Assembly (NCBI RefSeq): GCF_036321535.1
Contig: NC_087436.1
Coordinates: 109,866,001 to 109,930,000, forward strand
Origin: Camelus dromedarius
Lineage: Eukaryota
Reading direction: 5' to 3'
DNA: 64,000 nt
Positions within the stretch are counted from its first letter, which is position 1. Each line of letters opens with the position of its first letter. The notes beneath the pieces were generated by a model. That model had not been told where the DNA came from, did no database searches, and saw only the letters and a list, made by a program, of their open reading frames with translations. Both the position numbers and the translations under genes were made by a program. Shown here piece after piece: positions 48,069-61,099 of the stretch.

Positions 48069-51000
48069 CGGAGATGTGTGATGCTTTCTTTTAGTAATTG
48101 CCCTGAGGAGTAGAAGTACTGGGCTATAGGCTCTGAGCATCTATAAATTATTAAAGTTGATGAGATTTTTTTCTCCTTATTCTCTCCTACCTTGGTATCA
48201 TCAAACTCTTTAGTTTTTGTAAATCTGATGGGTGAGACAGTATTTCATTGTTTTTGCTTACTTTCCTGTGATTATTAGTGAGGTTGTGTACCTTCAAGTT
48301 TTTTCTTCATTCATTCAGTTCTATTATTTTGTGAATTATCTGTTTATACAATTGACCCATTTTTGTGTGTGTGCGTAGGGGTGGTGTTTATCTTTAAAAA
48401 GATAGTAACATGTAGGGTGGTATAATGTTTTCTGGACACTACATCTTGGTCTAATATCCATTGCAAATATCTGCTCAAAACCCATGGATGGTCTTTTAAA
48501 TTTGTGTATATTGCCTTTTTTGTAGAAGTTATTTATTTTATTTATCAGTCTTCTTTTATGAGTTGTTCTTAGTTTCTGTGAAATAATTCATTGTAACTAC
48601 CATGAAGCTATTCCCCTACATGTTATTCTAAAAGTTTGATAGTTTCATTTTAATATTTATGCTTTTATTATATGTAGAATTCATCTTTGTCCACGGTATA
48701 ACACAAGGATCTACTTTGCATAAAGAAAATCAATGTTCTTTCCACCATTTAGTGAGCAATATATCTGTGCCTCATTTGGTTGTAATACAAGTTCTGCCCT
48801 ATAAATTGTGTGTGTGTGTTGTGTGGCTTTATGAATTTTCTATTCTGTTCTAGTGACCCATTTGTCTTTTCACGCCTCTATATCATATAGTTTTAATTAA
48901 TATACTTTTAAAATAATTTTGAACATATAAGAGAGCCAATTGCCCAACTTGGTTCTTCTTCAAATGCATCCTAGGTATTTTCAGCCCTGTATGATTCCAT
49001 ACAGACTTTAGGATCAACTTGTCAAGTTCCACAATAAATCCTGGAGGGATTTCAATTTAAATTGCACTGATTTTGCAAATTAATATAGTGTCATATGACA
49101 TGTTTATGGTGTTGAGTCTTGTTATTTCAGAAACATTAATCTAGCTTAATCTTACTTTTTTAATTTGGGTTAATAAAATTTAAAATGTATTTGTAATATT
49201 TTTATACAAGATTTTCTTATGTACTTTATGGTAGTTCTTGCTATTATGAATAATAATTTATTTTCATTTTCATCAGCCAGTAATGATGCACAGGAATATT
49301 CTGACTTGTGCCCTTACTTGTCCCCAGCACACTTATTGCCATCTTATTACTAGATATTCCTGGATTTTGTAATGAATTAAATCCTATTTCTTGAAAACTA
49401 ATGATGATTTTTACCTCTTCTTTTCCAATTGTTATACAAAGTTTTGCATTGTCTAGAGAGTTCTGGTCAATATTCAACAGCAAAAGTGATGGTGGGAATC
49501 CTTACCTTCTGCATAATTTTAATAGGACTACTTCCAAGATGCCGTGTTTAAGCATGCTATTTCTTAAAGCTCAGTGAATGTCTTTAACAAAGTAAAGACG
49601 TTTCTTTTTATTTCCTGTTTGCTAAATTTTTCATGTTGAATTAGCGATGAACTTTACAAAGCTTTTCCAAATAATGGTCAATCAATGAGTAATCACACAC
49701 AAATCCTACCCAATAATTTATAAATACTGTTATTAGCAAGTGACAAGTTCTTCTGCATTATAAAAAGTGTGTTTCTGACATTTATTTACTTAATCTTTTT
49801 ATGTTAAGCTTTGAATTTCTTCAAATGTGACATTAAACATGTGTCACCAATTTTAAACTTAATATAGTACATAAAGTGTTTATAAGAACTGTATGTGTTT
49901 CTAAGTGTTTATGTACTTAATCAAAGTATTTTATGCACTTTTGAGCAGATATTTATTTAATCAAGGGTTTAAATGTTTTAGGAAGTGTAAAATGGCTGGA
50001 CCATATGTAAGATTTCAGAGGTACCCTGGAGAGAAAGTGAATGAAACATTAAAGGAGAGATAAAATAGATTATGAAATCAAAATAAAACCATGTGGGATG
50101 AATACTGGCAGAAAACACAAGAGAAGAAAGACTGCATATAAGAAGCCACAAAACATAGACACTGCTGTGAAAGATATGCAAGACGCTGAGGCACAAAAGT
50201 TAACACTTAAAATAAATGCAACAATATTTTTATGAACAGCTCCTAAGATTGACTAGAACAGAGTAGGTTATGCTGAGTAGAGTCAGTTACTTTATGTTAT
50301 AAATTTAAGCCCTGGAAGGTTTTGGAAGCTTCTAGTATCTGACTTTATATGTGCTTAGAGAGTCTCTCTCTCTCTTTCTTTTTTTTTTTTTTTTAATATT
50401 TCTAGTTTTAGGAACTCTATACTATACTCATGGCCCTGGGGAAACCAAATTCAACATGGTTACGTGATGACCACATGAAAAGCACAAAGGGAACGAGAGT
50501 GAATGAGGGTTCAGTAAACAGCATTTTGCGTCTTCTAGTCACTCCAAGGTCTCACTCATTGGAGTGAGGAAAACCACTTTACTATGCAAAATGTTCTTTC
50601 TTGGAGACCTGAAGTCTCACTCATCTCTTTCATGTCTCTTCCTTTGAGTCTCCGACTGTACATCTCTCTCTCGGTTTCCAACTCTCTCTTCTATATGCAC
50701 AGAAACAAATGGCAGAAATTCACCAGACTTATTCCTCTTAAGGAATAGACTTAGAGATAGAGAATGTATGTTTTAAAAGTTCTATGTGGACTTGGTTATT
50801 TTAAAAAACGAGGGTTCACCATACAAAAAGTAGAAATTTAAGTTTTCTCTTCTTTTACTAAGAAGTAAGTTGAGAGAATGCCAAACTCATTCAGTTAATT
50901 TAAATCACTTAAACAGCAACTATCACAAAAGTAACAGTTTAAAAATATGTTCACATTGGCTGAGCTTTTACTCCAAGAATGAAAAACCAATTTAAAATTA

Positions 51001-52349
51001 AATAACTTTTACATCACAGCACTGGATGATAATTAAGCACCGAACTGATGTTAAAGAACAAAAATACACACCTGTAAATTTTGGGGAAGTATAATTTTAT
51101 TCACTGTAGTAACTGGCAGTTATAAGTAATAAAGAATTTTTCTGGTATTCTAATACTAAAATCTAAAAAATTAAGTACTCAAGAAATCACGTCCTCTTAT
51201 ATTTGTGAATCCAAACTCTATTTGACACTTGTTTGTAGGAAGACCTATTCACTAAAAAAAAGAATAGCATTTTTCAAAGCAGATTGTGTGTAAGAATAGG
51301 AAGGTGACCAGCATGAAAGAACAAAGAAAGGCCAATGTTTCTTCTTTGGTGCCACATGTACCTGGCTTCAATCCACACAATCCCACTGAGTATTGACTGA
51401 GATTACCTTATTCTGAAAATAAGGATAAAAAGCTTATATCAGATTAAATATCCTGATAAGGTTAATTAAAGCAGATTTTGAATTCTACTCTATTGGATCT
51501 GAACTTTGTAACTGTTTCCTCTGAACAGCATTGGATCATTCGGACAATCATGTTTATTATACATAAGCCAATCATTCTTCTAATACAAAAACTTGACCTA
51601 GGATATAACCCTGAAATGAAAGATGTTAACAGGTAGAAAAAGGGAAGCTTTTGGATACTTGGAATGTACAATATTTACCCAACCATGTAGCTGTCTTACA
51701 TTTCTTTCAAGAACAGTCTTGGTTGTGCAAGAAAACTGGAAGTTGGATGGGGGAAGAATGCTAATGGGAGATAAAGGTGGGTGAGCTATGGCGGACCAGA
51801 TGCTATGTTAGATACCTTCATCCGCAATATTTATTGAATACAAACTATAAACCAGGCATTGTTCTAGGTTTTGAAATGCATTACCTCATTTAATCATGTG
51901 AAACATAAACCATGGATTAGGGAACTTACATAATTTTTCCAAGGACTCACAACTCCGAAGGTATGAAATTTATCCCACAATTGATTTTGTTATAGAGATC
52001 ATATAGCAACCAATTTTTGGTGAAACAAAGTTTCAGATGGAAGATTGTATCTCCGTGAGATCACATCTATATGCACACATAAATATATTTATACACAATA
52101 TGCATGTATATTTTTAATAACAAAATAATTCTCAACTATGTATCTATTTATTTTCAATCCAAAGCTCCTGTTTATCTACAATTTTGATATCATAGTTCTT
52201 AAATAATGATGACACAAACATGTATTCATTTTCTATCTCTTGAAATACTTTGTCAAAATCTATAAATCAATCTCTACTTAAAATTGTTTTCTATCTACTC
52301 ACAAGAAAGACCATGAAAATATACAAAGGTTTTGAGTGAAAGAAAAAGA

Positions 52350-53650
52350 AAATGTTTGGAGCTCGATTACTAGAAAATTCACCCTCAATACTCTCTCCAC
52401 CAAAACAAAATCAGAGCAGCCACAGTAACAGAAGTACTCCCCTTATTTATTTTAAAAAAGGTGAAAGAACTACAGTCATGAACTCTTCAGAGAAAATGCT
52501 TTATCATAATCATGGCCTTAGCAGAATTTATTGCTCTATTATTTTTATTATTTAAACAGTATGTATTTTTTTTAAAGTTTAGTTTAAGGTTTAAGAAAGG
52601 GATAAAAACAATCACCAAAAGTAAAATAAATGCAATTATTAAAATCAAAAGAAAATGTAAAAATTTGAAAAATGGAATTAGGGAAAAAGAAAATAAAGAG
52701 CCGTTCTTTGAAAATAATTATGTAAAATAGAAAAGACAGAGAATTCAAGAGAAGGAGAAAATAAAAGCTGGAAATTAGAACTAGACAAGAAATACAGCTA
52801 TAAGGGAATAAGGACTAACTTTGTTAGGGATAATACTTTGCGCAACTATTTGATTTTAGAATGTTTTGTCAAATTAACATCTTTTCTGGAAAAAAATACA
52901 ACTTACTAAAGCTGAGTCAAGAAGAGATTTAAAAACCTTAATAGATAAAAGTCATAGAAGAAAATGTAAAAATTATCAAGAAAATGTCTTCAAAATATTT
53001 CAAACAAAGGAAATTTGCAGGTGAGCCATTTAAAAATTTTATATGAAAAATTTAATTTAAACACTCTATAAACTGTGATAATTAAACATGATGAAAAATT
53101 ACATGCTTTATTTTATGAAGCACATTTATACCTGACAAAGGAAATACTAAAGAAAAATATAAAACTTTACTTATGGATAAAAATGAAAAATATATGTGAA
53201 ACACTAAGAAAATGATTTCAACAGAGTATTTAAAAAATGATCTACCTTGGAAAAGATTTATATTTTCAGTAGAAACATGAAGAATCTGACAAATTATACT
53301 AATATTTTAGTAAGAATGCAATAGGAATTCAACAAAATAAAATATTCACCTAATGACAATTTCTAGAAAACCGACACAAAGATAACACTCTTCTTCATGT
53401 TAAAAAGCAAAAGTCAACGTTTTACTTGCTAGGAAAACAACAGATGTCACAATTAAAGCTAGGAACAAAACTGCCATTATAGTTTTGCATTTTTTGGTAA
53501 CTTCTGACAAATAAAAGAAGATAACAAACAGATGTCAAGGGAAAAATTTTGCAGGTAATATACTTTTATAAAGAGACTATTAAAGACAATACAAATAAAA
53601 GAGAATTTAGTAAAATGACTGATGTAAGGAAAATCTATTGTGTAGATGTC
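52350..53650 (+). mobile_element. highly degraded ancient LINE-1 ORF2 region
   Basis: A-rich strand; aaatacaacttactaaagctgagtcaagaagagatt reads KYNLLKLSQEEI (compare ORF2 YNLPRLNQEE). Confidence 0.65.
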
Positions 53651-53689
53651 ATCTCCCATCTAAGAATCACTTAAACCAAATTGGAAATA

Positions 53690-53890
53690 GTTGGTTGCAT
53701 TTGACTGAGAATTCACCTATGTGAAGCACTGTCCTGAATAGTTTTAATATATTACACAATTTAATTGTTTTCTCATTTTTTAATGAAAAAAAAATGAGGC
53801 TTAGAGACATTAAGTAACCTGTCCACATGGCCTCCCATCTGAAAAGTTGAAGGGCCATTTTTGAACCAATTTTATCTAACTCTAAAGTCT
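53690..53890 (-). mobile_element. MIR
   Basis: ctcattttttaatgaaaaaaaaatgaggcttagagacattaagtaacctgtcc...tatctaactctaaagtc. Confidence 0.7.
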
Positions 53891-55320
53891 ATTTTGTTAA
53901 ATATATTAAAAGCACTATAAAACTGTATAATATTGAAATGTGTTATTATGGGCTGAATTGTGCTCTGCCCCCAAAATTCATTTGTTAAATTATTAACCCT
54001 CCAGGACCTCAGAATGTGACTGTATTTGAAGATATGGAATAGGGTTATTTTAATTGAACCAGTATAATAGTTACAGAAGATTATTCATGGAAATTAATAA
54101 ATTGCAAGTAATGACTCTTGAAAGAGATGAGAAAAAAAGAACCATTACAAGTGGGTTTCCTACATTTTCTACAAGTGAGTAAAATCAATTCTGGGCCTTC
54201 ACTTCAAAGTATGTAGCAAAGCATAATCCTGTTAATTAAAGGGTTGGATGTAAAGAGTCTAAATATTTTTAAAGGTAGACTTTTGTTTTACTTCTAATTG
54301 CCTAAAATTTTAATTATTAAAGTATTACAATAAAGAATTAATCAATTCCATTATATGTAAATAGAATAACTCTGTCATAAGTCAACACAAACTGTATTAT
54401 AACAGGTTAATTTATATTACAGATGATTAGTATCATGAATCTACAAAGAACTCACCACCAAAATTAAGATTGCTTCTACTATCCGGATGAGAGTTGGCTA
54501 GCAAATATGACCTCAACTGTGTGTTTTGAAGTTAATTCAATGGCTTCAGAAAAATTGACATACTATATTCTAGGAGTTGTGTTTGGTGCTGAAGGTTCAA
54601 ATATCCTCATGAAACCCACAAAGTATTGGAAAAGGCAGATTATAAAGATGATAAATTATAATATCATTTGAAACGTGGTGACCTCAGTGATTAAGGGATT
54701 CCATGACTTTTAACCTATCTTTGTATATATTTTGAATCCTAATACAGAGCATTAAAATGCCATACCAAAAATGAGAGAAAATGGGGAGAAACTCACTTTT
54801 TATGTTAGTAATGTACAAAATGCCTCTCTGTTGCCAAAAAAAGTGTCATAATTATCTCCTACCTAAAATTTGCTAATTCATTGACTTGGCAGATGGCCTA
54901 ATGCTTCTGAGGATCAGGAAAGAGGTGGGAGGAGGATGCTTGGTGAGACAGCCTTCCCTGGAATTTCTGGGATTCTTAGAAGACAGATCAATCATATGCT
55001 CTCAAGCTCTCATTTGAGAGTCATGGGGAGTAGGTGAAAATGAGAATCTTAGACTTGCAGGAAAGGCAACAGGGGCCAAAAATACAAAAATCAGGGAACT
55101 ATTGAGTGAGACTGCCAGCTATGGTTCAAAAGCAAATAGGGCTTAAACATCAAGGGACACACAATGTCTAGGGGAGTTGGTTACTACTTGTTGAAATTAA
55201 GAGACATACACAAGTATTTATACTTTATTTCTTCAAGGCACGAATTATGACAACTAAAGAGGAGTGAAAGTTTTTTTTTTTTTCCTAAGTAGTGAGCCAT
55301 TTTTTCTCTCTCTGGGAGTG

Positions 55321-55322
<2 letters not shown>

Positions 55323-55362
<40 letters not shown>
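55323..55362. repeat. (GT)20 microsatellite
   Basis: Perfect 20-unit GT run. Confidence 0.98.
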
Positions 55363-55366
<4 letters not shown>

Positions 55367-55499
55367 TAATGGTCCTCCCCCTGCACTCCCTCTGAAACTG
55401 GAGTTATAAACTTGTTAAACTGGTGGGAAGTAAGAAGAGCTTTGGATCTGACCTGGGAGGAAGCTAGAAGAATATTAATCAGTATTAAAAACTAAAATT

Positions 55500-57310
55500 A
55501 ACCAGCAATGAAAAAGTGAAATTTGAAATTTACAACACAATACTATTTACATTCACACTCTTCAAAATGAGACACTTGGGTATAAATCCAACACAACATG
55601 AACAAGATCTATACAAGGGAAGCTATATAGTTCTGCTGGACAAAATCAAAGAACTCAACAAATGGGGAAAGAGTCAGTATTTATGGGTAGGAAGACTTGG
55701 TATTGTCAAGGTGTCAGTTCCTCCCAGCTCCATCTGTAGATTCAACATCATCCCAACTGAAATCATTTTTTGGATATTAGTAAACTGATTCTAAAGTTTT
55801 TACAGAGAAGAAAAAGACTTAGAATGGCCAATACTATGTTGAGGAAGAACAAAGTTGGAGGACCGACACTACCCAACTTCAAGATTTGCTATTAAGCTGA
55901 AGTAATCAAGACAGTGTGGCACTGGTGAAAGAAAAGACAAATAGATCAATGGGACAGAATAGAGTTCCTGGAAATAGAGCCACACAGCTATAACCAACTG
56001 ATTTTTGAAAAGGAGCAAAAGTAATACAACGTAGAAAAGCTAATGTTCTCAACAAACAGTGCTGGAACATCCTGCACAAAGAAAACGAACCAAGACACAG
56101 AACTTAGACACCCTTCACAAAAATTGACTAAAAATGGGTCACACACCAAAATGTAAAATGCAAAACTATAAAACTCTTAGAAGATAAAATAGGAGGAAAC
56201 CTAGATGACCTTGGGTATGGCAATAACTTTTTAGTGACCACATCAAAGGCATAATCTATGAAAGAAAAAAGTAATAAGCTGGACTTAATTAAAGTCAAAA
56301 ACCTTTGTTCTGTTATCAGAATGAGAAGACAAGCCACAGATTAGAAGAAAATACTTTCAAAAGGCACATCTGATAAAGGATTGTTACCCAAAACATACAA
56401 AGAACCCTTAAAACTCAACAATAAGAGAATAAACAAACTAATTAAAAATTGGGCCAGTGAACTTAACAGACACCTCAGCAAAGAAGATAAACAGATGGCA
56501 TATATGCATATGAAAAGGTGTTTTACATCATACTTCATTAGAGAATTGCAAACTAAAACAATGAGATATCACACACATTAGAATGACCAAAACCCAGAAC
56601 ACTGACACCAAAGGCTGGTGAGGATGGAGCAGAAAGAACAAAGAACTCTCTTTCATTGCTGGTGGAAATGCAAAATGTCACAGCCAGTTTGGATGACAGT
56701 TTGACTGTTTCTTACAAAACACACTTTTACCATACAATCCAGCAATTACATCCTTTGCTATCTACCCTAATGAATTGAGAACACATCCACACAAAAACCT
56801 CCACATGATTGTTTTTAGCAGCTTTATTCATAATTGCCAACACTTGGAAGCAACCAAGATGTCCCTCACAGGTGAATGATTAAATAATCTGTGGACCATC
56901 CAGACAATGGAATACTTCTCAGCACTAAAAGGAACTGAGCTACAAGCCATGAAAAGGCATGAAGTAAAATTAAGTTCATATTATTAAGCGAAAGAAGCCA
57001 ACCTGACAAGGCTGCATACATTAATATGGTATGATTCCAACTACATGACATTCTGGAAGAAACAAAGCTATAGAGACAGTAAAATGATCAGTGATTGCAA
57101 AGGGCTGGGAGAAGGGAGGGGTGACTAGGTGGGGCATAGTGGAATTTCAAGGCAATGAAAATACTTTGTGTGAGACTATAATGATGAAAACATGTTCTTA
57201 TATGTTTGTCCAAGTCCGTAGACTATACAACACCAACAGTGGACCCTAATGCATTCTGTGGACTTTGGGTTATACAATGTGTCATTGTAAGTTTCTTACT
57301 TGTACCAAAT
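55500..57310 (+). mobile_element. LINE-1 (L1MC1/2-like) ORF2 3' half and 3'UTR
   Basis: Peptides LGINPTQHEQDLY..WVGRLGIVKVSVPP and LIKNWASELNRHLSKED..HMKRC..IRELQTKTMRYH; 3'UTR aagccatgaaaaggcatgaag and tgtccaagtccgtagactatacaacacc. Confidence 0.9.
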
Positions 57311-57639
57311 ATGCTTGTACCAAAAATGATCAAAAAGCTAGGGAATAGGCTTAAGCTTTCATTAACAACCCATCCTTCTTTCAGGAAAGGAGTGATCAAC
57401 ATGATGTAGTTGAAGGCAATGATATGAAGAAATAAACATTTTATGGTTATACTAAAATTGAGATTCTGTAATTAGAAAATTATATTTGGATAAAATTTAC
57501 TGTCAAATGTAAAAGAAGTTTCAAGTCATTGAAAAATTGATTAGAAAAAAATGTAAGATCTCAGAGTGAGTAAAGATATTTCTAAGCTTAAACCAATGGG
57601 CAATATCAGAAATAAATACTTAGGGATGATTCAGCTCAT

Positions 57640-57846
57640 TAATTTTTCAACTTGGGGCTGTTTTACTTCCTCAGGGGCTATATGGGCAATGTCTGCAGAC
57701 ATTTTTGGTTCTCTCAAATGAAATGCGGGGCTACTGGCATGTAGTGGGTAGAGGCTGCGATGCTGCCTTCTACAATGCACAGGACAGCCCCCAAATCAAA
57801 TAATCATCAGGTCCCAAATGTCAATAATGCCAAGGTTGCAATTCTC
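57640..57846. mobile_element. MER20 hAT-Charlie MITE
   Basis: ggcaatgtctgcagacatttttgg, gctactggcatgtagtgggtagaggc, acaatgcacaggacagcccc and ccaaatgtcaataatgccaaggttg. Confidence 0.9.
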
Positions 57847-58883
57847 AGGGATCGCCAATTGTTGAAGGGAGTTGAAAGTACCTTGCTCCTAACCTGAGCA
57901 AACCTGCTGAATGTGTAACAAGGGCATCTGTTTGAATAAGCCAAGGTGTAACTGCTGGCTGAGATCTGATTCTCAGGCTTTTTTTTCCCCCCTTTAATTT
58001 ATCCGAATAGAGAATATTGGAGGCCATTTATCAGAAGACCTCTTCTAGCTTAACTGAGTTAGGTGCCTTTCAAGAGGTAACATAAATTTCATTTCTAACT
58101 TTCCTCTAATGTATTCTGTGCTCTTAGGAGTCGCCTCCTTTCTCAGGACCTCTATTTCCATATCTGTAACAAAAGAGCCTTGACTTAAGAATAAGGGTTT
58201 TACAGCTTCCACCTTTCTGTTTCCTCCCCTACACACTGGTTTGCACCTTCTTGTTTCATGAAAGATCCCTAGGTTTCAGTTTGCATTCTTTGTCATATTG
58301 ACAAAGGGGAAGTGTGAAACCCTTGGCTCTAACTGAGATAAGCATGTGTCGTGCCTCCAGTGCAGAAGGCAGAGAAAATGCACATTTGATTATTCACACA
58401 ATCTGACTTTTAATTAAAATACTTTTCATTGGCCTCCTAGTATCATAGTAGGGAGGGAGGAATGAAGAACCAAAGAGACATTTTGCTTCCTTTCTTTATT
58501 TGCTATCTTTACAGTGCCTAAGCTGCAGGATATAACTTTTAATAACAACCTTGGGGAAAATCTTGAATACTGTGCGGTGTTCATTGGCTTCTATGGTGAG
58601 ACTCACGCTGCTTCGTTAAGGGCACACACTGGCATTTACATGGCCTTGTGTGTGCTTTAATGGCAGATATTACTTTAGAGAGAGAAATGCTGTATGGAGC
58701 TTTATGGTAGATGGATATTTTTATATCTGTAACTAAGCAGAGGAATTATTTTTATCCTATTAAAGACTATGAATTCCTAGGTGGTACTAGTCTTCAGTGT
58801 GCATTTTTCCATAGTGAGTTCAAAAAAAGCTGATTTCTCTCTTACTATTTGATATCCACGCTCCTGAAATATTTGTGCATTAT

Positions 58884-58942
58884 ATCTGTCTGTCTGTCTA
58901 TCTGTCTGTCTGTCTATCTGTCTGTCTATCTATCTGTCTATC
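58884..58942. repeat. (TCTG/TCTA)n compound microsatellite
   Basis: atctgtctgtctgtctatctgtctgtctgtctatctgtctgtctatctatctgtctatc. Confidence 0.95.
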
Positions 58943-59134
58943 ACATGGAGTCTGTTTCCTGCAAATACCCCCACCATAACACAGAAGACTGCACTATCAA
59001 AAATTACTCTATGGAATGAAATTAAACAACTGTAGCAAGAAATTTTTTTAATAGATTTGAGAGCATAAGGTTCTAGTGTTCCAAACCAACATCAAACAAA
59101 TAATTTGAAAGAGTCTCTATACACCCCAGTATAT

Positions 59135-59760
59135 TTATTTTTTAGTTTTTTAATTGTTTGTTTTGTTTTAGTAGTTTATTGAGGTATAATTTATAGACAA
59201 TAAACTGCATATGTTTAGAATGTAAAATTTGATACTTTTTAACATATGTATACACAGACGAAAACATCATCACCACAATCAAGATGGCAAAGAAATCAAT
59301 CACTCCCTAAACATTTCTTAGGCACCTGGTGTAACCCCTCTCTCCTGCCCCTCCCTGCCTCCAGCATATCCCCTTCTCATATAATAACTGATATGCTTTC
59401 TGTCACTACAGGTTACTTTGCATTTTCTGAAATTTTCATATAACTGGAATCATATAGCCTGTACTTCTTTTCTTCCCTCTGACTTTTTTCACTCAATATA
59501 ATTACTCCATCGTGTTATAAGTTTCAGTGGACTGTTCTTTTTTATTACGAGTATTATTTCCCTTCATGGATATCACACGATTTGTTTATCCATTCGCTTG
59601 TTGAAGGACATTATGGGTGGTTCTGGTTTTTGACAAGAACAAATAAATATTGTGTAAGTATTCTTATATTTTCACTTGGATATATGCTTTCACTTCCCTG
59701 GGGGGAATACCTAGGAGCAGAATCGATTTGTCGTATGGTAGGTCCATTTTTACTTTTTTA
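59135..59760 (-). mobile_element. LINE-1 3'UTR (L1MB/MC-like)
   Basis: tttattgaggtataattta, catcaccacaatcaagat, actgatatgctttctgtcactaca and tttgtttatccattc. Confidence 0.85.
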
Positions 59761-60203
59761 AGTTTAATTTGCTTTATTGAGGTATAACTCGTTCAGCATT
59801 AGCTGTGGGAATAAATGAAGACCACCCAGAAGTGGAGAAAAAGAGGCTATTAATCCAGAGCTTACTACGGCAGGCGAGTCAGCCACCGTCAATTGCGTTT
59901 GGCAGGGACTCAAAGGCAGTCAGAAGAGCAGGAAAGCTTTATGGTGAAAAAAGGGGAAGGTTTCAGCTATGTCTCATTTGGAGATTTTTGGCATGAGGCA
60001 GCTGAGTTGGATGAACGAGAAAGGAAGCATCTTCTGTGATTGCTTTGGAGGTCATCTTTCTCTCGTTGATCCTGGGGTTAGAGGCAGGGGCAAAACATAG
60101 GAAAGCCTGGAGCTGTTGCCCTAGTCTTGATGTTCTGGGCCAGCTGGTGCCGAGGTTGTGGTCTGACTCCCTGGGTGGATTGCTGGGAGGTTTTGGGTCA
60201 GCT

Positions 60204-60682
60204 TGTCATTATATGTTCAGGTGTTATAACAAAAGTACCAGAGACTGGGTAGCATAAACAATGTTTGTTTCTCACAGGCCTGGAGGCTGGGAAGTACAAG
60301 GTCAGGGAGCTGGCAGCCTCAGTGTGTGGCGAGGTCCTGCTTCCTCACACACAGTCGTCTTGTTCCTGTGTCCTCACATGGAGGAAGGGGAGGGAGAGCC
60401 CTCTGAGTTTCTTTTACAGAAGCCCACCCTCCTGACTTAATGACTTCCAAAAGTCCCCGTCCCCTAATATCATCCCATCAGGGGAAAGCATTTCAATATA
60501 TTTTTAATTTTTTTGAGGGGGAGATAGTTAGGCTTACTTATTTATTTTTAGAGGAGGTACTGGGGATTGAACCCAGGACCTTGTGCATGCTACACATGCA
60601 GTCTACCACTTGAGCTACACCCTCTTCCATTAGGATTTCAATATATTAATTTAAGAGGGACACAAACATGCAGTCCTTTGCA
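60204..60682 (-). mobile_element. MLT1A-like solo LTR split by a SINE
   Basis: ttataacaaaagtaccagagactgggtagcataaacaa, tgtgtcctcacatggaggaaggg, and the end gggacacaaacatgcagtcctttgca. Confidence 0.85.
60503..60628 (-). mobile_element. tRNA-derived SINE (camelid Vic-1-like)
   Basis: Minus strand ggaagagggtgTAGCTCAAGTGGtagactgcatg...cctgGGTTCAATCCccagtacctcc with Pol III A and B boxes and an A-rich tail. TSD atttcaatatatt at 60490-60502 and 60635-60647. Confidence 0.9.
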
Positions 60683-60904
60683 TGGTTCTGCTGTTATATA
60701 TGGTCTGACCATCATCCATTCGTGTGCTCGCTTCTTCTTACCTCAGCTCCTTAGCCCGTATGTCGTCCTAATGAGCATTAGATTGTGTTACAAGGGCTGA
60801 TGAGAAACCTGAAGCTTAGGGAAGGTAAGAGGCAAACTTAAAGTTAAATATTCAGGAGAACAGCAAAGAATAAGAAGCAAGAGTGTCAGATTTTTAATCT
60901 AGAG

Positions 60905-61099
60905 CAGTTGTTCTCAAAGTGCAGTCTGGGAAAAGCAGCTCAGCCTCACCTAGGATCTTGTTAGACATGCACATTTTGGGCCCCAGCCTGGACCTACTGA
61001 ATCTGATCGTCTAAGGGTGAGGCTCAGGAGCCTGTGTTTTAATAAGCTCTCCAGGTGATTCTGATGCTTTTGCTTAGATGTTGAGTATGAGAACCACTG
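60905..61099. mobile_element. MER5A hAT-Charlie MITE with intact 8-bp TSD
   Basis: TIRs cagttgttctca / tgagaaccactg; perfect TSD atctagag at 60897-60904 and 61100-61107. Confidence 0.92.

Larger units (their letters stand above)
46850..49660 (-). mobile_element. ancient LINE-1 (L1ME-like) interrupted by MER20, (TA)n and MLT1
   Basis: gagataaccactaccctaaaattg, attgcaaatatctgctc, tttaggatcaacttgtcaagttccac and aaagtgatggtgggaatccttaccttc. Confidence 0.7.
59804..60740 (-). mobile_element. ERV1-class LTR (MER89/MER34-like) split by MLT1A
   Basis: Starts tgtgggaataaatgaagacc; ggaaagctttatggtgaaaaaagggg; resumes at 60683 tggttctgctgttatatatggtctgacc. Family tentative. Confidence 0.55.

Noticed and set aside
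51529..51632. Possible 104-nt plus-strand exon (ctgaacag|...aacag|gtagaa)
   Set aside because: Poor donor and no recognisable peptide.
60540..60628. tRNA gene
   Set aside because: It has A and B boxes, but also a SINE body, an A-rich tail and a TSD, and no intact cloverleaf; it is a tRNA-derived SINE.
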